A stretch of DNA of 64,000 nucleotides, taken from Octopus sinensis (lineage: Eukaryota). The notes beneath the pieces are model-generated. The model searched no databases and was not told the DNA's origin. It worked only from the letters and a program-made list of their open reading frames with translations. A program made the position numbers and the translations under genes. The stretch spans positions 95,170,001 through 95,234,000 of the forward strand of contig NC_043001.1 of NCBI RefSeq assembly GCF_006345805.1. Direction: 5' to 3'. Below, piece by piece: positions 52,219-64,000 of the stretch (positions are counted from its first letter, which is position 1; each line of letters begins with the position of its first letter).

Positions 52219-53702
52219 ATAGATAGATAGATAGATTGATAGATAGATAAACAGATAGCTTTGTCGTAGTGGGTTAGTTCTGATGAAAAAATAGGCATGT
52301 AATTGACGTACAGACATTGACACGAACATTTGGATGTACAAAAAAGAGAAAGTAGATTGTAAGTTTACCCGACATTTGATCAATTTTGCCATTCGTATCA
52401 GTAACTTTGGTAGGCCAGGGCATTTAATGTGTACACATAAGTGAGAAGTGTTATATACATTCAATATCAGTAATCTCTGTGTTGTCATGAATACATATAT
52501 ATAAATAATAATTAAACTAAATGAATACTGGAACAGTATCTAAATAAGGATTTTAAAAGATAACAGTTATGACTTAAGTTTATAGAATCTTGGAAATTGT
52601 TCCCCTCCTAGGAAGCCTTGTTATGCTTTATTAGATCAATTAAGATTTGAATTTAGATTAAATTTTTATTTCAGAAAACTGCTTAAATATATATGAAAAC
52701 ATGAAATTGAGATAATGATATATAACCCTAAATACAGAGAGGGAGAGAGGGGGAGAGAGATGGAAAGTGAGGGAAAAGAGAGAGAGAGACAGAGAGAGAC
52801 AGAGAGAGGGAGAGAGAAGGGAATGTGAGGGAGAAAGAGAGAGAGAGAAAGAACGGAAAGTGAAGGAGAAAGAGAGAGACAGAGACGGACAGACAGATAC
52901 ACAAACAGGTTGTAAGAAGAGAGATTTAATTATGATCCTAAGTAAAACTTGTTTCATCAAAAGTCCATTAGGGATGTAATTATTTATGAAAAAAATTGGA
53001 TTAGTTGTATTGGAATTAATTAAGTGGAGATTATACGACGCTACAAATTTAAAATATTTTGTGAAAACCTATAGAAACGGAGAAAATGTGAAATCTATCC
53101 TTATTATTGTATAAATGAATTTTAGAGAATATTTTATAGAAAATATGGAAACAAGAAGGAAAATTTATTTCATTTAATATATAGGACCGGACTTGCAACG
53201 TAAGATTTACAAACCCTCCATAGAAACAATTTAACACATATGGAAGTTCGTTTCGTGTAAGTCCCAACGAAATCGAGTGACAAATATTAATTTCTTGATA
53301 TCCGAAATAAATTTAGTTAAGAAATTCTAATTAAAATTAATTTTCAATTCAAAAATATACATCATTATTTGATTTGAATTTTAATTTGGGACGAAAGTGG
53401 TCTACAATTCTCAAAGAAATATTCTCAGAACACCGGAATCTACATAAAATCCGAAAAAGTATATTTCAACCAGGTGGCATTTCTCATAAGAAACCGTTTC
53501 TTTCTCAAGGCGTACTACAATGACAAGAAATGTGTGAAACATACTAGATAAAGGTCTGTTTCCGAAGCTAGTTCATTTCAGGGAGAGTTCGAAACTAGTT
53601 CGGCTGTTCTACTCATTAGTATCAGAGTTGCTTGTATTAATGCCATTAGACATTATTTCCCTAAAGCGAACTCGGCATACGTTTGAAATTGTAATTTACA
53701 TA

Positions 53703-53860
53703 GGCGCAGGAGTGGCTGTGTGGTAAGTAGTTGCTTACCAACCACATGGTTCCGGGTTTATTTCCACTGCGCGGCACCTTCGGCATGTGTCTACTACTAT
53801 AGCCACAGGCCGACTAAAGCATTGTGAGTGGATTTGGTAGACGGAAACTGAAAGAAGGCC
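53703..53860 (+). mobile_element. SINE family B 5' part
   Basis: ggcgcaggagtggctgtgtggtaag (A-box-like), ggttccgggt..ttccactg (B-box-like). Matches 22372-22560. Confidence 0.8.
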
Positions 53861-55241
53861 AGATTAGTGGTTCGTGCGAATGAGCTACTGAGCCATATTA
53901 TATCAGGTACTCGGAATTATTTTATCTTTTTTTAATTCTCTACAAATTTCTAGAGGGTTGATAAAAGATGAAAGGATTTCGGTTACCGTACTTAAATGCT
54001 GATTGTGTGCCTTTTACTTCTACTCATCAGAAAATATTAGATATGATATGATGTGGATACCAGCATACGGAGATAAACATCACACACACGAGGTAAGCCA
54101 ACTGGCAGTTGCTAGTGCTTATTATTTAATTCTCACTATACACCTAACTCCAAGCTAAGCGAGTTTGACAGAAAGGAAAACATATCACATATCATCGCAA
54201 AACGGTGAAGCTAACTCGTTATCTGTCTTGTAAGATAAGGGATCATAACGCAAGGCACCCAACGTCTCATCTACTTTCTCAACCAGTGAGAAAGATGTTA
54301 CTGGTGGGAGTAATATCTCACACAAACACCACAGAGATATGTTCAGCAGGGATTGCCTGGCGAAATATGGGGTAAATATCGGACATAAATAAACAAGACA
54401 AATTTCGTTTTTTAATGTGCCAAATATCAAGGCAGATGACATTTTTTCTTCGCGCACCTATTTCCACCCAACTGTCAAAAGTGACACGCTAACGGTGCTT
54501 TCCATGAAAACGCAAATATACTGAAAACTGATAAAAAAAATGGACGTCAAGGTACTTACCCCTAAGTTCTCAGAAAGTATACCTTATTTAAAACCTCGAG
54601 ACAAAGATGAACTATAGCAAGTTGCTTCAATAAAAAAAGCGCTTCAACAGTTTCTGGTCTCATAATCTCTGAATGAATTATGATATATTCCATTTACTAA
54701 TTTCATATTTGTAGTAGCAAATTTGCAATGATGCAAGAAATTGAATCGGACATATTAATCCTAATAACGATGTATTATACACCCCACTGATATTAAAGAA
54801 AATTCGATAATGATGTAAAGATTATGAGAAAATATGCATACACATACATACACACGCATAGACACACACATGTTTATATATGTATATGTGTACTTATATT
54901 TGTCTTGTGTATTTCAGTGAGTGTCTGCGTTTCTGGGTGTGCCTATGTTTACATATTTATGGATGTGTCGTAATAAATAATAAAATATTATTCAGCTAAA
55001 TGTACTATTAAAATCACATCGATCATATTTCTGACTTAACATTGCTAAAATTTACTAGATTTATCGTCCGAATAATATGTGTGTACATCTTGTCTAACGG
55101 TATTCTATACAATACGTAATATATGTTTTAGTACACTATGTCGAGTCGCTTAATGTAATTCTTCTCCAGGAGAGCGTCTTCTATCAGTAAGACAATAGAT
55201 TTGTCAATATTTTTCCAAGAATTATGCGTGTGGGAGAATGT

Positions 55242-55275
<34 letters not shown>

Positions 55276-55354
55276 TAATATACTTCATCATTAATTATGC
55301 ACGCAAACATATATATGTTTGTGTTTGTGTTTGTATGTGTGTGTGTGTGTGTGT

Positions 55355-55460
55355 TTGTTCCCCCACCATCACTAGACTAGCGATTTCGCTGTATTTACGA
55401 CGCCATGCAAAACAAACCGATAAAGTACTGTGCTTACAGAGAACGGATCCTGTTGTCAAT
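55355..55460 (+). mobile_element. Degraded SINE family B 3' module
   Basis: cccccaccatcac...aaaacaaaccgata...gtcaattacttcgact after a (GT)n tract. Resembles 22720-22820. Confidence 0.35.
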
Positions 55461-56507
55461 TACTTCGACTATGTGTGGGTGTGTGCGTACAAACACCCAT
55501 ACATATACACACACAAACAAATGTAGACAGAAAAAAAGCAAATACTGAATATTTTCAGATGAGTATTTAAGTATAATTGTGTATATAGTTAGTTATTAAT
55601 AGATCGAATTTACACTGAGAATAAACGACAAAGAAAATTTATGGAAGTATGTCCAATAAATGTTTCTGGCGGCTTGGAAGTCCATCATATGCAGTTACTA
55701 ATCGATGCAAATTAACATTGAATAAATCGAGCAGCCCACACGAGGAATTTTGGCCGCGTATCTTACTTTTGTTACAAACATAAGCAAACCATTCCCATAT
55801 TATTAAATTTATAACACAAATTTCATGCGAAGTTTCGAGGATATGAATTGCATGCTGACATACACTCAGTGGAATATTACATAAGCAAAATATTCTAGAA
55901 AGCCGAAATGCATCGCTAGCGATAGCATTATTTACATATCTTCCAGTTATCTTTTCATCCATAACCAGATATTCGAAAGCGATAAAATTGTTAAACTTTG
56001 ATATTTCACCAGAATGGATTCGCAGCAAATTTTATTTGTGGTACTAAAGTAGCATCTGCAATATTTCTATTGCAAGGTTTAATGCATTTGACAAATGACG
56101 ATCGTTATTTATGACTTCTGAAATTCACCAGCGTTAATAATATATCCACGTCCATGCTAAGGAATACATTTACACAGACACACATATACAAACACATGCC
56201 CCACCCTATATATATATTGTAACATTTAAAATATATATCGGATCGGATTATGGAAACGTTTAAAATATATGGCCATACATGCAGACTGAGACAGAAATAA
56301 ACATAGAAATATACATTGAAAGAGATTCATGTATGAAGCCTCCATCCACAACACACACGCATACACGTCTGTGTATATATGCATTTTTGAGTATGCGTGT
56401 ATGAAAAAGTATGTACGTGTTTATTAATGCGTCTCAGAGAGAGGAAGGGAAGAGAGGGAGAGAGAGTTAGAGTGAGAGAGAAGGATACACACATATTATT
56501 ATTATTA

Positions 56508-56561
<54 letters not shown>

Positions 56562-57518
56562 GTATTAGTATTATTAGTATTATTATTCAGTAGTTTTATT
56601 TTTATAGCTTGCTATCACTTCACTACCGAGCACAGCTCTGTGTGCCTTAGGTATTTGCTGTGATTTGTTGTGATGCACTGATGGTTATTGTATGGAAAGT
56701 GTTCTGCGTAGGATGTGTGCAGTGCCTAGTAGCGCAATTTTCTGTATGTTATATGTGTTTGTAAGTCCTGGTGTTTTTGTTATGTATTTGTCTGAACATT
56801 TGTTATCATGCCTAATGCACCTACTATGATAGGAATTGTTTCTGTTTTTAGATTCCACATTCTGGTTACCATTATTTCCAGGTCTTTGTATTTTGAAAGA
56901 TTCTCCATTTCTTTTAGAGACACGTTGTCATCTGCTGGTATTGATACATCAATTAGAAAGCATTTTTTTCTTCATAATCTCTGACAACTATATCTGCTTT
57001 GTTGGCCTTAATTTCTCTATCTGTGTACATCGGCATATCCTAGAGTATGGTTGCTTTCTCGTTTTCTGTGACATTTTCTGGTGTGTGCCTATACCATCTT
57101 TTTTCTGTTGTTATTCCATAATGTTGGCATAGTTTCTATTGTATGTAGGTTCCAACTCTGTCATGTCTGTGAATATATTCCTTCATAGCCAGGACTGGGC
57201 AGCTATAGATAATATGAATTATTGTTTCTTGTCCATCTCCAAATATTCAACAGTTACTTGTTATATTTCTTTTCATTACATGTTTTTGGTAATTTCTGGT
57301 GGGGAGGCTTTGGTCTTGTGCTGCAATTAAAAATCCCTCTGTCTCTGATTTGAATCCTGAGCTTCTCAACCATTGCTGGGAGTTTTCTTTGTCTATTTCT
57401 TCTGCGTTTAGTTTAGTCCAGTATTTACCATGAAGGGGCTTTTCTTGCCATCGTTTTATCATGGTTCGTTGCTGTTCTATTTTTAGTTTGGATTTCATTT
57501 GTTTTATAGCTTTTATTG

Positions 57519-57680
57519 TTTCTTCTTCTTCTTCTCCTTCTTCTTCTTCTTCTTCTTCTTCTTCTTCTTCTTCTTCTTCTTCTCTTCTTCTTCCTCTTCT
57601 TCTTCTTCTTTTTCTTCTTCTTCTTCTTCTTCTTCTTCTTCTTCTTCTTCTTCTTCTTCTTCTTCTTCTTCTTCTTCTTC
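57519..57680. repeat. (TTC)n/(GAA)n microsatellite inside the family 2 LINE ORF
   Basis: Directly visible. It lies between ...EEIIPPNKY and ETIKAIKQMKSKLK on the minus strand. Confidence 0.95.
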
Positions 57681-59004
57681 ATATTTATTAGGTGGTATGA
57701 TTTCTTCTTTGTATTTGTCAGCTTCCTTAAATACTGAGAACAATTTTTTGTTTCGCTCGTGTTTTGCCGCTATTTGTATCAGTTTTCTTTCCTTCTAAAG
57801 TAGATATTATGCAGTCCTATGTTGGTTATTTTATAGTAGTTTTCCAGCTGTATAAGGCCTCTACAAACTTCCATACGTTGTATATATAGTCTTTCTATGT
57901 CAGATTTTGGGTGATGCATCCTAGATCCTGTCATTGTTTTTCTTGTTTTCCTATCTATTATGGTCAGTTTATTTAGTGTCCAGTTAAGGATAATGTAGCT
58001 GTAACTTATAACTGGGACAGCTAAAGTGCTAATACCTATTATCTTGTTTTTAGCATTGAGCTCTGTTTTTAGTATTGATCTAACTCGTCTATAATATTCT
58101 TTTTTTTATTTTCTCTTTCATTTGTATGTGTTGTGCCTTATCTAGTTCATGGATTCCTAAGTATTTGTAAGTTTGGCTTTGGTCTAATTCTTTTATTTCA
58201 TTGGTTTTATCTAGTGTGATGTTGCTACTCTTAACTAGTTTTCCTCTTTTCATGGTTACTTTGGCGCATTTTTCTAATCCAAATTTCATATCTATTTCTT
58301 TGGTAAATCCATGAACTGTCTTTAATAGTGTTTCCAGCTGTTTGTCATTTCCAGCGTTAGCTAGTTTATTAGGGTTCATTGCTGTATCCAAGTCTATATT
58401 TATGTTATTTTCCTTCCATATTTTCTATGTATGTGTTGTTGTGTTTTCATTTTTTGGGTAGAACACTGCTGTGAAGTATGCGTGTAGGATAGAAATGTAT
58501 TCCTCACGTATCCATTTATGTATTTTGGATTTTATTTGCAGGACATGAGGAACAATGTCCGGCCCATTATTTTGACGGTCGTCATTTTCGTAGGGTACCG
58601 GTCCCTTCATTTCTGTTGTCACAGTGTTTTGCACGTGTAGTTTTACGTATATTTTGTGTTGGAAGTTTAAAGTACGTACCTCCCGATTGTTATTCTTGGG
58701 TTGAATAATATCGGTGGTATTTAATTTCTTCGTAGTTCTTTTGTACATGGTGTTTGGGGTCGGGGATGATCTGATGTTCATGTATCGTAATGTTTCCACG
58801 CATGTTTACATGTTTTGTGTTAGAGGTGGAGATGATATCGAGTCAAAATACATCATTTCGTTTCGAAAATAGTAATAAATTTCAATGGGTATTACTTATT
58901 CGGATACAGTTCAATCATTTTTTAGTAAATCTTTGGCTCCATACGATGTCTTTGTTTTCGATGTTTGTGGATAGATTTCGGAGCTCTGTTTTATCGTTCT
59001 TACA

Positions 59005-59077
59005 TCTTAAACGTCCCCCGGTGTATATTCTCTTAAACGTCCCCCGGTGTATTTTTCTTAAACGTCCCCCGGTGTAT
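59005..59077. repeat. 25-26-bp tandem triplication at the 5' end of the family 2 LINE
   Basis: tcttaaacgtcccccggtgtat occurs at 59005, 59031 and 59056. Confidence 0.95.
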
Positions 59078-59364
59078 TATTATTATTAGTCGTAGTAGCA
59101 GTAGAAGTAGTAGTATTAGTGTTAATATTGTTATTATTTTCATGATCATCATGATCATCATTATTATTATTGTTTGTGTGGTGTTATTTTAATGATCATT
59201 ATAGCTGCGGCTGGGTCTCACAACTTTTGTATACTTGTACATGTCTATTTCTATCTATCTATATATCTTACTGCCTCTCTCTCTCTCTCTCTCTCTCTCC
59301 GTATATATATACATATGTATATATATGTATATATCATTTATATACATGCATGTATACACACACG

Positions 59365-59475
<111 letters not shown>

Positions 59476-60704
59476 CTTTGTGCTTAAGGTTTCCTTGCAT
59501 CTTCCCTTGAGGCAAACTTATACACTTGCTTACTGTTTCAAACACCTGTCTCCCCGTCTTTTCTTTTTCTATAAATTTCAGCTATATATGAGTGTGTGTG
59601 TGTGTGTATGTGTGCGTGTGTATGTGTGCGTGTGTGTGTCTGTGTTTGAAAGCCACTTTGCATATGTCTTCACGTTGCAGCCCAGTTTTTTGCTCTCGCA
59701 TTTAACAGATATATATATGTATGTGGGCTTAAGCATGTGTATAGAGCAATCTATAAACACGCATACAGACCCCTTCACATATCTATGCAGAAAGAATGAA
59801 AATAGCGTCAATGTTTACTCCCATAAGAACCTCAAGGTCTAATATGATGAAAGTTTGCATTGTAGTTCAAGTACTTCCAACAAAGATTAGTAATATTTGT
59901 GCTGTTTTGGCCCGATTTATTTTACAAATTAATATTTTGACTTTGAAATATATGTTGTGGAGACGTCAAACAGGAATATCGTTCACATCTCTGTGGTTAG
60001 ATCCGCCACAGTCTGTTTGTATAGCTATATATTTTGTCTAGTTGCAATTATATTCATTTGAAGGTATTGCCTTTTATAAATGTGTTCTGCAAATAAAGTG
60101 AGGAACAAAACATAGTTATTGCATTGAGTGTGGTCGTGGAGCGTCCACCTTTTCTTCGGTTACCGAAAGGAAATTTGTAATATGACGCTTAATTTTTCGT
60201 GTTATCATGAAGTGTTCCATTTTACTGCAAATTTTTCATTAATACAAGACCAATATTTATTATGTATACGTAAATATTTCCCTCTATGAATCGGTTACTG
60301 AACATTTGTAAGTTTATGACTTGTATTTTCTACTCTGATTTTCTGTTCCCATTGTCCCACGTCAAATCATATGACCATTCATTTTTGGAAGATATTTACA
60401 TCGATGTATTATTTCATATAAAAGCTTATGTATTAGGAAATGCTAAATCAGATAACGATTCAATGAAAAAGATATACAAACGCGAACATTCCCTAGTTAT
60501 CTGTATACGATATCACTCAATGTATAGAGACATTTATTTTCTGAGATTGCACAAGCTATTTGAATTTGCTAAATTCATATATTCATTTGATAAATACATC
60601 GCTCGCAATAGCATGAAATGTGATCCTGAATATATCAGATTAATGTCGTATGACGAATCGTATTCAAATTACATGATTCATTGAATATACATACATATAT
60701 GCGC

Positions 60705-60774
<70 letters not shown>

Positions 60775-60834
60775 AGTATGTGTATCTATGTATATAAGTA
60801 TGTATTTTTATGTAAATATATACATTTACATCGA

Positions 60835-61690
60835 AGGAAACCAATAATGTCTCTTTATTGGTTTTTGCCTTTCTGGGGGTAGGTGCTCAAACATATCTAG
60901 CTATATCTGATGTATTTCAGCGAGGGCTTCAGTAGGATGTCTAGAAAATTGCTTAGGCGGTGGGTTTCAGTGGCTGGGCCAGCTAAAACAACTCTTAACT
61001 TAAAGTCTTCTGGTTCTAGGATACTTATGAATTTGTTTGATGGTTGTTTGCAGGCTCCATTACATATCTTGCTCTTGTTTATTTTAGGTTTACATTCAAA
61101 TTTCGTGATAAAATCTATTTCAGTTTCTTTACGGATGCAACATTTTTCATTATTTTTCGTAGAAGGTAGCGTTTTCTAGCATATATAATACCAGGATTTT
61201 ATAGTATCTTCTGTCCATCAGGACTTTCGTATGCTTCTTTAAATCTATCATGTTCTTTGTCATTTTGCAGCTCAATGAGATTTTCCCAACCTAAATTACT
61301 GAAGTTTGAATTAATTTTTCTCTTAAGGAAATTATTTGCGAAATTTTGGCTTTGGTCTCAGAAGTCACGTAGTTTATTATTCGTAACCTCTGGCGGAAAA
61401 TAATTACTTGCGTTTTTAACCAGTGATACACCATCATTGTACTAGTTAGTGCTTTGTGAGTTGTAGTTTTCTCCATAATTCCGAAATATTGTCTTTAATT
61501 TCATTCTGGTTATATCTTCGTGAGTTTGGGGCAAATTCAATTTTTGAGCTACTATACTGATTCTTTTTCCGGGGATATTTTCTTTTTTGTTGATTACTTT
61601 GGGTTTCTCTTGTATGATTTGTTCCACCAAGTTCTCTGTTTCATCTCCACTCTTTCTAAAATATATTTACTGCAATTTGGTTGGTAGAAA
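60835..61690 (-). mobile_element. Penelope-like element N-terminal RT fragment (3'-truncated near (TA)n)
   Basis: Minus strand EIDFITKFECK/PKINKSK...KLRVVLAGPATETHRLSNFLDILLKP corresponds to the PLE RT motifs PKIHK and RPIVAGP..T..LS.FLD.LLKP. Confidence 0.75.
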
Positions 61691-62380
61691 TTATCAGTGT
61701 TATTGATTGTATTCAAGGAGGGAGATTCACAATTAAAAGCAACTTCACTTGAGCTTCCGAGAATCTAATTTATGTTGTAACTTGTTCAGATGTGTAGACA
61801 TAACTATATAGGACAGACAAGTGTGGCACTTAGACGGAGAACCACTCTACATAAGGATCAGATCCGTTCCCACTGTAAAGACAGATTATTTTGAGTAAAC
61901 ACTTAAAGAGATGCGCAGGTAGTATCTAACCAAACTTCAGTTTTTCCCATCTAGCAGTGGAAACAAACATTTGTCTACAAGAAAGTTTACTTTTTTAAAA
62001 TTATATTTATGAAAAATACAGAATAGGACTTTGGTTTCAGCATATATTTTAATTCAAGTTCACATACCCATCAATGTAACTACATCATCTCACTGCTTTA
62101 GATTTTGAGTTTTTGTAAATTTATTTATCCTCTCCCCAAAAGATGAGCAATTACCTCTACCATCCCGAATAATAGCGATCAAAAATTACCACTCTTTGGA
62201 TTCTTCTAACTCTTGACTCATTATATTCACAACATGGACTAAAGTCTTCCTAAGAAAAGACGAAATTGCAATAATGTCCATGGCAGGATTAGCGAAACCG
62301 CTTGATAATCACTTATTAAATATATTATGAAATATATTGAAACTATGTCAAGTGTGTGTATTTGTATATTTTCCTTCTTT

Positions 62381-62455
<75 letters not shown>

Positions 62456-62517
62456 ATATTGGTAAAACGGTAAGATAACAAAAAAGAAGAATATTATGTG
62501 AATAGAGGAAATTTATC

Positions 62518-62699
62518 TATACAATAATATGTTACATTACTCAATATTCAAGATAAAACTCTGAGTTTCAGATGCCGAAGTGGGAATCCATGACATCTCT
62601 TCGGTTATCTGGCTATTTGAAAACGCTATGAAAAAATACCGGCATCTGAAACTCAAAGTTTTATCTTGACTATTGAGTAATGTAGCATATTATTGTATA
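62518..62699. repeat. Inverted repeat (60-bp arms, 62-bp spacer)
   Basis: 62518-62577 versus the reverse complement of 62640-62699 shows 3 mismatches. It lies between (TA)n tracts. Confidence 0.95.
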
Positions 62700-62749
62700 T
62701 ATATATATATATCTATATATATATATATATTGCATTACAGCTCACCACG

Positions 62750-63085
62750 TGCGGAAAATCGAAATTCTCTTCCTCTCTTTTTCTTACGACATAGCTAGAT
62801 AGTTGAATGATATTCCTTGCAAGAAGATTCATAGAGTAACCTACTTTGTGTAAGCTTTCTAGAAGCATCTGTAACTATCTGTAACTCGTAGTCTGTTGTA
62901 TTTCAATATATTTTTGCTGAACTGTACATAAGGTTTCTTTCGGGTGAACCTTTCTGTGTATAGTTGTGTGAAATGTGTTTTGAAATACGACAGAGACTAA
63001 GGAGTTCCAGATATTTGCATTTTGCCTTTTGCAAGTGTTAATAACGAAATCATGATGCATAGGTAATCTTTGTATTTTGTATATT
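62750..63085 (-). mobile_element. Possible heavily decayed GIY-YIG (PLE) endonuclease relic
   Basis: Only weak motif echoes across frames (IYKI..., NTCKRQ, SLCRISKH). Confidence 0.25.
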
Positions 63086-63257
63086 TTCATTTAGCTTATT
63101 TTTATATTCTGGTGTTTGCTGAGATTTTTTTTCTTGATAATACACTCTTCGTGGTAAGGCGATATGACGTCTATCTTTAGCATATAGGAATCCACTTTAG
63201 TGGTTATTCCTTTTATTAATTATATATATATAATATATATACATACATATACATATA

Positions 63258-63292
<35 letters not shown>

Positions 63293-63297
63293 GTATG

Positions 63298-63348
<51 letters not shown>

Positions 63349-64000
63349 CATATGTATGTATATGTATATATATGTAATGTAACCTGTAGAACATGAAACA
63401 TTCTATACATGTTGGTTTAAATATCAGTTGATAACGTAACACCCAATAAGATGGCGGATCTCATGTTTCTTAAAATGATGCTTTGTTTTAGTGAAATATT
63501 TCACATATTTTCAAGGATGTAAGGTGTGGAATTGTGGGACTGTTAAAATATATGCTGTTAAAAAATATTTTGCTGTTATTTGTATGGGAACTAAGTTTAT
63601 CTTAAAGCAGTACTGTTATAATTCCACCAGCTCATTAATGCGGCAATAGTTTGATGATTCGGATCATTTTCTCCGTCATCAGTTTAGTACCTTGTGATTG
63701 TTGATAATGGTTTTATCTAGTACTGTCGTTGGTGTTATTTCTTATATTACTGCATTTCTTTTCCTTGTGTTTTTCGGAGTTGTAGTCGATGTTTTCTTTA
63801 TTTTCTTCCGGACCGCCTCTTACAAAATACGAAAATAATACACGCGCTCTCGGCATGTTTACCTCATCTTATATTTGGCATTCTGTACCTATAATTAAAT
63901 TATCCAAAGCGTCATGTTACGTCATGGGGTAGTGTATGAATTTGACATTGAATTCCGTCAAACCTTACTGAAGGAAGAGAACATTGCACTGTCTCTATCT

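Larger units (their letters stand above)
56588..59077 (-). mobile_element. R4/Dong LINE (family 2), both termini present, internally deleted for most of RT, flanked by (TAA)n
   Basis: Minus strand: KWIREEYISILHAYF (N-terminal, homologous to KWSREDNKEVLEAFY), NDKQLETLL...FGLEKCAK, WQEKPLHGKY...SETEGFLIAAQDQ, REIKANKADIVV and QKIALLGTAHILRRTLSIQ* (stop 56685-56687). TAA tail at 56494-56587, with a short TAA run just beyond 59077. Confidence 0.9.

Overview
This is AT-rich eukaryotic genomic DNA, very dense in repeats, and intergenic or deep intronic. The SINE families, LINE families and microsatellite load suggest an octopus-type cephalopod (inference). I can support no host protein-coding gene, rRNA, tRNA or CRISPR array. 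Most ORFs in the track are translations of microsatellites ((TA)n, (CA)n, (GAT)n, (TAA)n, (GAA)n) or TE debris. Recognisable content: (i) R4/Dong-clade non-LTR retrotransposons (RT + CCHC + restriction-like endonuclease) of at least two families, including a near-full-length frameshifted copy (45.3-49.4 kb) and an internally deleted copy with both ends (56.6-59.1 kb), mostly associated with (TAA)n tracts; (ii) Penelope-like (Neptune-type) remnants next to (TA)n, with degenerate hammerhead-like motifs; (iii) CR1/Jockey-group LINE fragments; (iv) mariner, Tc1 and maT transposase relics; (v) many tRNA-type SINEs; (vi) a 2.0-kb non-autonomous Helitron with canonical ends carrying nested tandem repeats. 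The most unusual signals are structural. Tandem re-copying of the 5'-most segment occurs at two R4/Dong 5' junctions and a fold-back at a third. Three near-perfect long hairpins sit between (TA)n tracts, with a fourth, older one beside a (GATA)n tract. Each retroelement class appears to pair with its own microsatellite.
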